From: a virus
IMG/VR virus record: IMGVR_UViG_3300035703_000070
Coordinates: 6,315-70,314 of that record
Length of the DNA stretch: 64,000 nucleotides
Reading direction: 5' to 3' (one strand)
Below, piece by piece: positions 56,044 through 64,000 of the stretch. Both the position numbers and the translations under genes were made by a program. Numbering within the stretch: the first letter of the stretch is position 1; each line of letters begins with the position of its first letter. The notes beneath the pieces are model-generated. The model ran no database searches. It saw nothing but the letters and a program-made list of their open reading frames with translations, and had not been told where the DNA came from.

Positions 56044-56624
56044 TTTGCTTCTTGATTGATTGGAGTGCGTGTTGCTGTCCAGCCTTGACAGTGAGGCCTT
56101 TCCCCCCTGGAGACAGCCCTGATGTTAGCGCTTTCCACCGATGGATGCTGGGTGCAAAATTCAGAAACAGTCAAACCAGTGATGACTTCGCCGCTTGGCC
56201 CATAAAAGGTGTACTCATATTTTTTTCTTATTTGTCGGTAATGTTCTTTGGTTTTTTCTGAATGCTTACTTCCGCGTGGCCAAGGATCCTGCCTGTAGCG
56301 AGCAGCCCTAATTCTTTCAATCACCTCCGGGGAGAATCCTGAGCTACCTTCCCCGCCTTGTGTCAGGTTTCTTAGTAAACCAGTACCAATGTCTTTGCGG
56401 CCCAATACCGCAATCATGTAGCGTTCGTGCTTAAACGCTTCTTTTTCGGTTAGGTCTTTTTTGAGGATCAGGATTCGACTGGGATCACTGGGTTTGTTTA
56501 CGGCGCATCTTGAATGCGAAACCCATGCGCGATAGCCACGACCTTTGCCGATGTAATACGGTGTTCCGTCTTGCCTCATGTACGCATAGGTGTAAAAATC
56601 TGCCTTCTGTCCCATCGAGACCAT
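56040..56624 (-). CDS. GIY-YIG-like homing endonuclease
   Basis: [17 protein letters not shown]...[17 protein letters not shown]. Confidence 0.85.
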   Translation of the reverse strand: MVSMGQKADFYTYAYMRQDGTPYYIGKGRGYRAWVSHSRCAVNKPSDPSRILILKKDLTEKEAFKHERYMIAVLGRKDIGTGLLRNLTQGGEGSSGFSPEVIERIRAARYRQDPWPRGSKHSEKTKEHYRQIRKKYEYTFYGPSGEVITGLTVSEFCTQHPSVESANIRAVSRGERPHCQGWTATRTPINQEAK

Positions 56625-56643
56625 GACACTAATCTTGGCCTCT

Positions 56644-56691
56644 TTATTCTATAGCCCCAAGGTGCAGGTCTGAGGTGACAAAAGCGCTCAT
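56644..56691 (-). pseudogene. relic 5' end of the metallophosphoesterase gene
   Basis: ATG AGC GCT TTT GTC ACC TCA GAC CTG CAC CTT GGG = MSAFVTSDLHLG versus the functional [12 protein letters not shown]. Confidence 0.8.
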
Positions 56692-56696
56692 GATGA

Positions 56697-56897
56697 TCAG
56701 TGCTTTTCGTAAACCACTTTTCTTTGCACGGGATCAGGACGATCTTCCAGCTCATGCAAAAGATCAAGAGCCTGATCAAATGTGCTAAACCAGCCCCTCT
56801 CGTCCCAGATAAAAGGACAAATGCGCTCTTGTACTTCGTAGAGGGGCTCCCATGGACGCACGGCGCTTGGACGTTGAACAATGCGAAATCGCGCCAC
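56697..56897 (-). CDS. hypothetical protein
   Basis: 66-aa ORF, GTG start. Confidence 0.6.
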   Translation of the reverse strand: MARFRIVQRPSAVRPWEPLYEVQERICPFIWDERGWFSTFDQALDLLHELEDRPDPVQRKVVYEKH

Positions 56898-56944
56898 AGC
56901 AAAACTTAGAAGGCAAGCCTCAGTTTAGTACGGTTCGGAAGAAA

Positions 56945-57014
56945 GGGCTCCTCCAGGAATCGAACCCGGCATTCCAGGCTATCGGCCTGACGTGTAAGCC
57001 TACACTAAGGAGCA
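56945..57014 (-). tRNA. tRNA-Ile(GAT)-like, atypical
   Basis: TGCTCCT TA GTGT-AGGCTT-ACAC G TCAGG-CCGATAG-CCTGG AATG CCGGG-TTCGATT-CCTGG AGGAGCC; C33, short D-loop, 1:72 mismatch. Confidence 0.65.
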
Positions 57015-57016
57015 AG

Positions 57017-57132
57017 TGACCCCCAAGTTTGAGCATCGTTGAGAGGCTTAGGGAGTGTTAAACGATGGAGCAAGCGTGAGGGTCATCCGGGATTGGCTCC
57101 CAGTGACGCACAGAGGCTTGCCCTCCGTCGCT
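57017..57132 (-). ncRNA. candidate structured RNA (two hairpins) upstream of the tRNA
   Basis: Long imperfect hairpin CGACGGAG/GCAAGC/GTCA/CTGGGA with partners, then CCCTAAG/CTTGGGG hairpin; TGCTATAGT -10-like element upstream. Confidence 0.5.
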
Positions 57133-57145
57133 TGACACTATAGCA

Positions 57146-57838
57146 CTAAGCGCGACCGTAGGAAGGCAGACTAGTGTTGCGCTTGGGCTTGTCACGCCCA
57201 AGGAGTTCGCCATTGAGGCGCTCCGCCATGTCCCAAAGCGGCTCCGTGGTCAATTCATCCCATCCTTTACCCCCGTATTTAGCACTGCTAATAGTAGAAG
57301 GCTTTACGCCCCATGCTTCAGCCAATTGAGTGCGCAAGCCACGCAAATGCCGCATGTCTTTGGGAAGTCGCAACAACACCCTGACCTGGGCTTCGTTGAG
57401 CAGTGGGTCGCCAATTTTTTTGCGTGGACGCTTGGATCTGCCGTCAATGTACGCGGGCCAATACCCAAGATTACGTTTCATGTCGGCGGCATTTTCCTTG
57501 AGACTGCCCCATCTAAGGTTTTCTGGCACATTATTGGTGTGAACGTCGTCGTAGTGCAAAACGTTTTCCTTCCCTTCTGGAGGAAGTCCATGGAAAGCAA
57601 GGCACACAAGGCGAGCCACAAGAATTCTTTTCAGTTCTCCATTTTTAGACAGCATCACAGACATTCGCCCATGGCTCTTGCTGATATTAAACCGAAGGAT
57701 TTTCTCTTTGAACACGCGAGTGCGCTCTTTGTTGTTCTTAGTATCCTTGACAACGCGTTGAACACTTTTGATGCGTCCAAGACTTGAAGCTGCGTAATGG
57801 GTTTCGTAACCAGGAATGGGTTTCCAAATTTCTTCCAT
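57146..57838 (-). CDS. NUMOD4-HNH homing endonuclease fused to the relic NrdB C-terminus
   Basis: EIWKPIPGYE..YAASSLGRIKS, VARLV..AFHG, H.DD...NN...NL.W; ends NTSLPSYGRA. Confidence 0.88.
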   Translation of the reverse strand: MEEIWKPIPGYETHYAASSLGRIKSVQRVVKDTKNNKERTRVFKEKILRFNISKSHGRMSVMLSKNGELKRILVARLVCLAFHGLPPEGKENVLHYDDVHTNNVPENLRWGSLKENAADMKRNLGYWPAYIDGRSKRPRKKIGDPLLNEAQVRVLLRLPKDMRHLRGLRTQLAEAWGVKPSTISSAKYGGKGWDELTTEPLWDMAERLNGELLGRDKPKRNTSLPSYGRA

Positions 57839-57904
57839 GAAAAAGGCGGAGAACAAGAACCCCGCCAGTTTAGCATGGATAAGCTGGAAGATTGCAGGTG
57901 GTCT

Positions 57905-58639
57905 CTAAGAATACATAGGCAGTGAAGTATTCGGACTTTCAAAAAAAGCAGGGCATCGACTGCTGCGCGTAGCAGCCATTTCGGGAGCCTTGCCAGTCCA
58001 GAATAAAGAGCGAGATTGACGCAGCCAGAAATCTTTGTTCAGCCATTGATTGGACGAAGCGCCGAGATCATCAAAAAGCCAGGCAACAGTGGCGGCCCGA
58101 AGCTTGTCAAGACTTTGGCTTTCCTTTTCCCCTAGTTCCTTGCTCACCATGGCATTGACCACGGTATGAACCCTTTCATCCCTCGAAATATCTTGCGAGA
58201 CAGTGCGCATGCCCACGTCACCCGTCTGCCTGAAAAACGGAAGCGCCACGAAAAAAACGGAGCGTTCCATAACGCCTGCCTTGAGAATGGGATGAGCAGG
58301 GTGCTCGTTCCAGGCTTTTAAAATGCTCATCACTTCACGCTCTGACTTTGTGTCAGTGCCGTGGGCATCGGCCACGTAGTTCAAAGCCTCCAAGTGGCGG
58401 TCTTCATCGTCCTGGTTAGAACGAAGAGTCTCGATAAGGCCAGGGGTGGAGGGCAGTTCACGCTTCATGCCCTCCTCAAGAAGCTCCTTTACGGGAATTT
58501 CAAGGTGGCGCAATGCCAAAGCCTTAAGCAAAGTGCTTTCAGCGCCCTCTGTCACCTGTCCTTTTGCCACTTGCACAGGCGTCCATGCACGCTTTTTGGC
58601 AAGGACATTCAAATAGGGACTCTGCTGGGAGGTGATCAT
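57905..58639 (-). CDS. nrdB: ribonucleotide reductase beta subunit (cyanophage type, ferritin-like)
   Basis: DE.RH and DE.VH diiron motifs, ERSVFFV.LP.FR; adjacent to nrdA. Confidence 0.8.
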   Translation of the reverse strand: MITSQQSPYLNVLAKKRAWTPVQVAKGQVTEGAESTLLKALALRHLEIPVKELLEEGMKRELPSTPGLIETLRSNQDDEDRHLEALNYVADAHGTDTKSEREVMSILKAWNEHPAHPILKAGVMERSVFFVALPFFRQTGDVGMRTVSQDISRDERVHTVVNAMVSKELGEKESQSLDKLRAATVAWLFDDLGASSNQWLNKDFWLRQSRSLFWTGKAPEMAATRSSRCPAFFESPNTSLPMYS

Positions 58640-58712
58640 ATTCAGGAAAGCGATGGAAAAGAATGAAAAAGGGGAAGAAACTCCCCCTTTGCGAAGAACT
58701 ATGGAGAGAAAA

Positions 58713-60161
58713 TTATTCAGCGCAGCTAGAGCAGAAGCCTGCATCCAAACTGCAAGTAACAACCTCTCCGGAAGGCTCGCTATCTTCGAGTCCAAATATG
58801 CTCTTGAAATCGTCATCAAGAGCGGCGTAAGCATCGTCCTTTCTTTGCATGTCAGACATGACCTGCAAGGAATAGTACATGCTCGTCTGAGGAGAGTCTA
58901 GCCAATCTTGAAGGAACTCTCGATCGTAAGTAACCAAATCTCCCCATGTGTTCATGGAGTAACCGTGAAAAAGGCCAGTGGCTTGGTACAAGCGCACGAG
59001 TTCGTTGACGACAAGAACGTAAGTGTTCCAGCCAACTTGTTCCGCAATTTCCACTTCCCCATAGTCAAAACTTTCCACGCCAAAGGTGCCAGAGTCCCTA
59101 TCAACAAGCCGTCCAATGGGAGGGGCAATTTCAGGGGCAGTGGTGAAACCTTTCTTGTCGAGATAGCGATAGGAGCAGGAAGCAGTGGGGGCAATACAGA
59201 AGGCACGGTGCATGCCGTGCTCGCGGGCAATCTTTGCTGCAGCTTCAATGCCGTCACGAATGGCTGCTGCGGCCCTCCCGGCAGGCCTCTCTCCCCAATA
59301 GTGGCACCATGGATGGGGATCATCGTCATTCAGCGCTTGCAGCGCCTTGCCGAAGTCTTCGTAAGAAATACCATGGAGGGAAAGGAAATTGGCAAGACCA
59401 AGCATGCCAAGCCCCACTTGCTTGTCAATAGAAGGGGAAAGGTATTCGCCAGTCTCGCCAACACCAGTATTTGGATGGAGCTCACACAGTTGCTTCATGC
59501 CCTCCGCAAAAGCTTCTTCTACTTCGTCGATGTCACAAGCACCCATGTTGACGTGCTGCAAAAGGCAAGTGCCACGATGAGGAAGATAAACTTCAAGGCA
59601 GACATTGGCGCGAATGCGATTTCCTTCTTGATCGTACCGAATCTTGTTCAGCCAAATGTCGCCGGAGGCAATGCCCTTTAGCAGCTCATCAATCAGTTCT
59701 TGAGAAGAGTTTTCAATAAACCGCTCATCCACGTTCACACACCTTTTCACCCATGGAAGCTCTTGGCGGGAGGCCTTGATGAAATCAAGAATGTCAGGGT
59801 GTGTATAGTCAAGATGAAGCACTACGGCCCCATTCTTATATCGTCCACCCCTACGGAGAATTTCATTGAGAGTGGAATAAATCTTGCCAAAACTAATAGG
59901 ACCACTTGCGACAAGGCCCTTGCCGTTTTCATCGCCTTTTCCGCGCAGTTCCGACAAATGCACTGCCACACCTGCGCCATTACGCAAACCATGAGAGACG
60001 AAGCGCCACGACGCTTCGATGCCATTTTCCCCCTCCATTGAATCATCTACTACAAAGACCGTGCAGCTTACGGCAAGGCGGCCTTCTGGATCATCCAACC
60101 AACTCTGCACACGCCCTGTACGGGCAATTTTTTCGCACTTCGCCTGTTCCTTGAGCTCCAT
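58713..60161 (-). CDS. nrdA: ribonucleotide reductase alpha subunit (cyanophage type)
   Basis: SC.V, NVCLE, C.L.HVN, GLG.LG, APTAS, C-terminal CSSC. Confidence 0.9.
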   Translation of the reverse strand: MELKEQAKCEKIARTGRVQSWLDDPEGRLAVSCTVFVVDDSMEGENGIEASWRFVSHGLRNGAGVAVHLSELRGKGDENGKGLVASGPISFGKIYSTLNEILRRGGRYKNGAVVLHLDYTHPDILDFIKASRQELPWVKRCVNVDERFIENSSQELIDELLKGIASGDIWLNKIRYDQEGNRIRANVCLEVYLPHRGTCLLQHVNMGACDIDEVEEAFAEGMKQLCELHPNTGVGETGEYLSPSIDKQVGLGMLGLANFLSLHGISYEDFGKALQALNDDDPHPWCHYWGERPAGRAAAAIRDGIEAAAKIAREHGMHRAFCIAPTASCSYRYLDKKGFTTAPEIAPPIGRLVDRDSGTFGVESFDYGEVEIAEQVGWNTYVLVVNELVRLYQATGLFHGYSMNTWGDLVTYDREFLQDWLDSPQTSMYYSLQVMSDMQRKDDAYAALDDDFKSIFGLEDSEPSGEVVTCSLDAGFCSSCAE

Positions 60162-60169
60162 AAGACAAC

Positions 60170-60190
60170 AAAAGCCCGCCTAGCGGGCTA
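60170..60190 (-). terminator. putative terminator
   Basis: Minus strand AGCCCG-CTAGG-CGGGCT-TTT. Confidence 0.5.
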
Positions 60191-60233
60191 GCGATCAACC
60201 AGAGCAGGCTAGCGCAAAAACCCTTCTTCCCAG

Positions 60234-60422
60234 TCAGTCGCACAAGCCTTCAGGATCGCTTCCACTTTGAGCATCCTTCGCGAATAGCATTGCTTCATTT
60301 TTGCTTCGGAAATAGTAAGGCTTGCCTTCATGGGCAATGAAATGAGAAAAGCCTGGGCGACCGTGGACAGGCCACACCTTTACGCTTCCGACCATAAACG
60401 GCATTGGTAAATCTTCAAACAT
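60234..60422 (-). CDS. hypothetical protein
   Basis: 62-aa ORF. Confidence 0.6.
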   Translation of the reverse strand: MFEDLPMPFMVGSVKVWPVHGRPGFSHFIAHEGKPYYFRSKNEAMLFAKDAQSGSDPEGLCD

Positions 60423-60507
60423 CGTTCGCTAGCCATGATTCACTAGGCTACCGAAAAAGCAAAAGCTGGCTTGTAAAATAAGCCATGCAAAAGAAAATCT
60501 TCGCTTT

Positions 60508-61479
60508 TTGGTCGTGCATATTGCTCTTCTTTTCTCTGGCCACAAACGCTCATTCCTGAAGCACGCAGAACGATGGAGGGAAATGATCAAGGAGCTCGAG
60601 GCTAATGGCGCTGTTGTTAATTGCTTTTTTCATTCCTGGACTGTTGACTGCCATGCCGAAATGCGAGGCAATCAACGCATCGAAGGTTCCTATGTCAAAA
60701 GCCCGCTCACTGACCAGAAGGCAATAATCGAAGCATTGCCTTTTCGGCATTACTGCTTTGAGGACGAAGACAAAGCGGAGGCAAGCCTCGTACTGCCTGA
60801 AAGAGTTTTCCTGCTGGATAAGCAAGCCGCCAAAAAACACATTGGCCTTCAGCTTTATTCAATGCAGCGCAGCTATGAAATGATGCTTCAATGGGAAAAG
60901 GAAAATAATATTGAACACAGCACTATTGTTAAGCTTCGTTTTGATACAGCTCCTGCTCACTGGAGCGTAAGAGAATTTTTTCTTTCCACTGACCATCGTT
61001 TCAAAAAACTGCTCATTGCCGCTAACGAACATGCCCATCCCCATCCGGGCGGGGGAGGAGGCTGCGTTAAATGTCAGCGTTTGCACAATGATTGGTGGGA
61101 GCACTGCCGGAAAGAGGGGAAAGAAGAGCCAGGGCCTAACGATCCACTTTGGCAGCACGAAGGCGCCCACAGCAATGATATTTGCGACCTTTATGCCATT
61201 GGCAATAGAGAAACCATGGCTCGTTATATGACCCTCTACAGCAGAGTTGTCGAACTATATTCGCCAGAGCTTTTTGAACGCAGCTACCAACGTTGGCACA
61301 ATGAAAAAAGAAAAGGGGCAGTTGTCTGCCCCTACGACGAAAACGATTTGAAAGCTGCTGCTTGGGGAATGGAAATGGAAGATGAGCATTTCGCTTGCTT
61401 CTACCCAGAGCGTCTACAACGTCTTAATTTGGAAGGCTTTGCAGTATTGCATGCAGCTTCCGTCTTTTATCGAGACTGA
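60508..61479 (+). CDS. putative glycosyltransferase with His/Cys insert
   Basis: IALLFSG..R.F, FFHSW, QLYS, VKLRFD, D..AIG....M..Y, PE pattern of viral GT-A-like proteins. Confidence 0.55.
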   Translation: MVVHIALLFSGHKRSFLKHAERWREMIKELEANGAVVNCFFHSWTVDCHAEMRGNQRIEGSYVKSPLTDQKAIIEALPFRHYCFEDEDKAEASLVLPERVFLLDKQAAKKHIGLQLYSMQRSYEMMLQWEKENNIEHSTIVKLRFDTAPAHWSVREFFLSTDHRFKKLLIAANEHAHPHPGGGGGCVKCQRLHNDWWEHCRKEGKEEPGPNDPLWQHEGAHSNDICDLYAIGNRETMARYMTLYSRVVELYSPELFERSYQRWHNEKRKGAVVCPYDENDLKAAAWGMEMEDEHFACFYPERLQRLNLEGFAVLHAASVFYRD

Positions 61480-61871
61480 TCAATAACGCCTGGTTTCACA
61501 AAGGCCTGAAACTTCTTCCCCAAAAGCTCAATAAAATCGCCTGACAGTCCTTCTCCAATGAGCTCCTCGTTGAGCCAGAGATAAATCAGGGCGAAAACTG
61601 TTTCCGTAGCATCTTCGCTTGTCATCCATTCATCAGGATCGTCAAGTTTGTCCATCACTGCACAAACTTTGTCGTAAATAGAAGGGCCTTCTTCATCCTC
61701 TTTTTCTTGGTCCCGCAGAGCGGCAAGATAGCCAAATGCAGCAGCAGTGGCCATGTCTTTGCAAATGGAAAAGCCCTCGAAGCGTTTCTTCAGAGCAGAC
61801 AGCTCCGCATTGGCTCCATGGTCCATGGCAAGAGCAAAAAGTTCTTCGTGGAAGGGCATGGTGGAAGTCAC
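61467..61871 (-). CDS. hypothetical protein
   Basis: 134-aa acidic ORF. Confidence 0.6.
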   Translation of the reverse strand: MTSTMPFHEELFALAMDHGANAELSALKKRFEGFSICKDMATAAAFGYLAALRDQEKEDEEGPSIYDKVCAVMDKLDDPDEWMTSEDATETVFALIYLWLNEELIGEGLSGDFIELLGKKFQAFVKPGVIDQSR

Positions 61872-62146
61872 CAGTCGGGATACGAACAGGGTAGCTGGTC
61901 TTCGCCTTTTGTCAATTGCCAGCTCATTAGGGTCATTTGATGGCCTTGCTTGCCCGTGTAAGCCCCTGGCTGGTAGTAGCTGGTCTTCTCTGGTCTGATG
62001 GCTTTTTCAAGCTCTTTCACTGCTTTGTTCCAGGAACGCTCAGAAGGCACATACACCCTCCATAGCTCCGTTACTTCTACATAGTCGCAACGACTGTCCG
62101 TGTAGGCCATGGGAGAAAGGAAATCAGGATAACAAGGATCTAACAC
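61868..62146 (-). CDS. hypothetical protein
   Basis: 92-aa coupled ORF. Confidence 0.55.
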   Translation of the reverse strand: MLDPCYPDFLSPMAYTDSRCDYVEVTELWRVYVPSERSWNKAVKELEKAIRPEKTSYYQPGAYTGKQGHQMTLMSWQLTKGEDQLPCSYPDW

Positions 62147-62822
62147 TTTTTCGCAAATAGCGACGCTCCAACCATTTCTCCTCTAGCAACGCCAATCCTT
62201 TCACTCCCTTGCCTGTTAGCGAGTACAGCTTATCACTATCCTTGGCAATCAACTGTTCCTCAATCAGAAAGGCCAATGTGTTGTAAATGGTTTTTGATGT
62301 GTACAGCGAGCTATTCGATGGATGATTGATGATGCCAGCGGCATCACAAACGTAATTGCGTTCTTCTAAATATTTAATGGCCCATAAAATATAGCGTCGA
62401 GCATTATTGATGTATCCAGGTATTTTGCGGGATTTGTGAGCGGCCTCTAAGCGTTCTTGAACAATTGGCACCATGGGCTTCCACAGTATTCGATTCTTAT
62501 GAGCGCCTTGAAATTCTTGTTTTGCTTCCTTAGTGTTGCATCGGCATTGTTCCTTGAGAAAAAAGGCGAGCGACGATGAAAGCGTAAACCATTCACCGTT
62601 ACCTCTTGTTGCTTGAAATTTTTCATGCAAAAGTTTTTCTTCTTCTTGGTCCCCACGAAACGCTTTTAGGACTACGAGGTTATGAGCGGAATAAGTGAGG
62701 AAGTCCCCAAGCCTACTCTTGAGGTCGCAACTGAAGCCAATTTTCACGGTTTCCTCATCATTCTCCCATTGGACCACATAAATCCATCCTTCGTACCTCC
62801 TGACCAGGCCTTTAGTTGCCAC
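62124..62822 (-). CDS. T5orf172/MUG113-type GIY-YIG protein with C-terminal winged helix
   Basis: IYVVQ...VKIGFS.D...RL...E..LHEKF...R..GEWF; wHTH-like tail. Confidence 0.75.
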   Translation of the reverse strand: MATKGLVRRYEGWIYVVQWENDEETVKIGFSCDLKSRLGDFLTYSAHNLVVLKAFRGDQEEEKLLHEKFQATRGNGEWFTLSSSLAFFLKEQCRCNTKEAKQEFQGAHKNRILWKPMVPIVQERLEAAHKSRKIPGYINNARRYILWAIKYLEERNYVCDAAGIINHPSNSSLYTSKTIYNTLAFLIEEQLIAKDSDKLYSLTGKGVKGLALLEEKWLERRYLRKSVRSLLS

Positions 62823-63687
62823 AAGCGTTTTAGCGATTGACCTACGCCCATCATACTCCCTGTTTCAACAGTCGGGAGCCCTCTGTGTCCATTGACAGGG
62901 TGTTATACTGTACGTAGGCGCAGCGTAGTCAACACTACGAGCAGTTCATTAACCTGCTTGAGCCGCTCGCGATGGAGCCCAAAGCGACCTTGTCATAGCG
63001 GCTCTTCTCAACAACACTCCTCTCGACTACTTCTTTTAAGAAACCTTCGCCAGGAGCCCGTTACGAGCATTAGCCCCCAAGGCGTACGATCCTAGGGCTC
63101 CCTCCTAACCACCTTCCTCTCAATCATTTCTTTTCTGACAGTAGTGTGATCGCCCATGGTGTGCGCAGCTACCGCCAGTCTCATTGTTTTCTCATTTAAG
63201 ACTATTTTGAGACAAGACTGAGACTAAAGAAGGGGCACGAACAACGCCGCTTGGGGCGGCTCCTGAACATAGGCCCCTTCTTTGCACAATTCAACATTCA
63301 GGCACCATCTCACGCTTGAAAACGATCTTAGTGCGCTCACTCCTCCTCGTAAGCTTTAGATCGTTCGCGCAGTGCGCACTAGTCTTTCGCCCATAGAAAA
63401 TAAACGAAAAGAATGTAGCGTGGTGAACAAAAGCAAAAAAGTCGTTTGAAAATTACGTCGCAGTAAAAAGGGGTACCCCCGCCCCAGTCAACGCCCATAG
63501 CAGGCGCTACTGCTCCCTGTCTGTATCCGTTGTTACAGTTTGGCAGATTGGTCTGACCAGGGTTGGCAATGAGTCGTTCGCAATTGTCGCTTTTGTTGAG
63601 AATTCTCCCCCAGCTCAACCAACAAAAAGACCCCACCTAGCGGCAGGGTCCACAAGCAACCATCAACCTAACGCCCCCGGAAGCCCC

Positions 63688-64000
63688 TCAAGCGGGCTTG
63701 AGGGCGGCTGTCATGCCATGGCCGTCAAGACAGAACGCGTCGCGCTCAGCGGCTGAATAGGGCACGCCGTGAGGTAGTTTGAACCGTAAGCCGATAATGG
63801 TGAACCCTGCAGGATCGGCCGGCCGATAGTCTGTAAGGTCACCGTCTACCACCCTGAAACCACGGTTCGCAATGTATGCAACGGGGGGCAATGACTGGTT
63901 CTTTTTGATTGCAAAGGCCGCCGCTACGTTAACTCCTGCAGCTAATGCACTTGCAACGATCTTATGGTTGGCAATGTTATCGGCGCCATCGTAACTGACT
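63688..64000 (-). CDS. GP88-like protein (5' end outside window)
   Basis: Frame open to the window edge: ...GVNVAAAF...LP...VVDGDLTDYRPADP.G..IGLRFK. Confidence 0.6.
   Translation of the reverse strand, partial: VSYDGADNIANHKIVASALAAGVNVAAAFAIKKNQSLPPVAYIANRGFRVVDGDLTDYRPADPAGFTIIGLRFKLPHGVPYSAAERDAFCLDGHGMTAALKPA

Noticed and set aside
56040-56691. Group I intron interrupting the phosphoesterase
   Set aside because: The nuclease ORF fills nearly the whole insert, leaving no room for a ribozyme core, and the downstream copy has its own complete start.
54888-63062. Identical 12-mer CAGGAGCCCGTT at 54888 and 63051
   Set aside because: A single 12-mer pair is expected by chance in 64 kb.
1-64000. 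Stop-codon reassignment, integrase or DNA polymerase
   Set aside because: Long conserved genes are intact in the standard code and all three stops are used; no integrase or polymerase motifs were seen in this window.

Overview
The window is 64 kb of a tailed dsDNA siphovirus genome, most likely a cyanophage. That host call rests on a cyanophage-type class I RNR, a glutamine-II/Downstream-peptide riboswitch, a manA-like RNA and typical small cyanophage ORFs. Layout: small early ORFs (1-5.6 kb); replication, recombination and nucleotide genes (primase-helicase, Sak3-like annealing protein, exonuclease, dcd, thyX); a lysis cassette; a minus-strand tail and head operon (fibres, lambda-like J/I/K/L/M, tape measure, G/GT chaperones, DUF2184 capsid, DUF2213 protease-scaffold, DUF1073 portal); a divergent terL; an RNA-rich region (manA-like RNA, riboswitch, atypical tRNA-Ile); nrdAB; and a long non-coding stretch. 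Most notable: (1) two free-standing homing endonucleases sit inside the ends of genes (a metallophosphoesterase and nrdB), each with a diverged duplicate of the displaced terminus and the old terminus left as a relic; (2) a six-gene sugar-modification and glycosyltransferase cluster inside the head operon, suggesting virion glycosylation; (3) a second, unannotated -1 frameshift (SD + GGGAAAG + hairpin) in the head region; (4) a recurrent R-x-D motif at head-protein domain boundaries, suggesting protease-released cargo domains. All family assignments come from motif recognition by eye; no searches were run.
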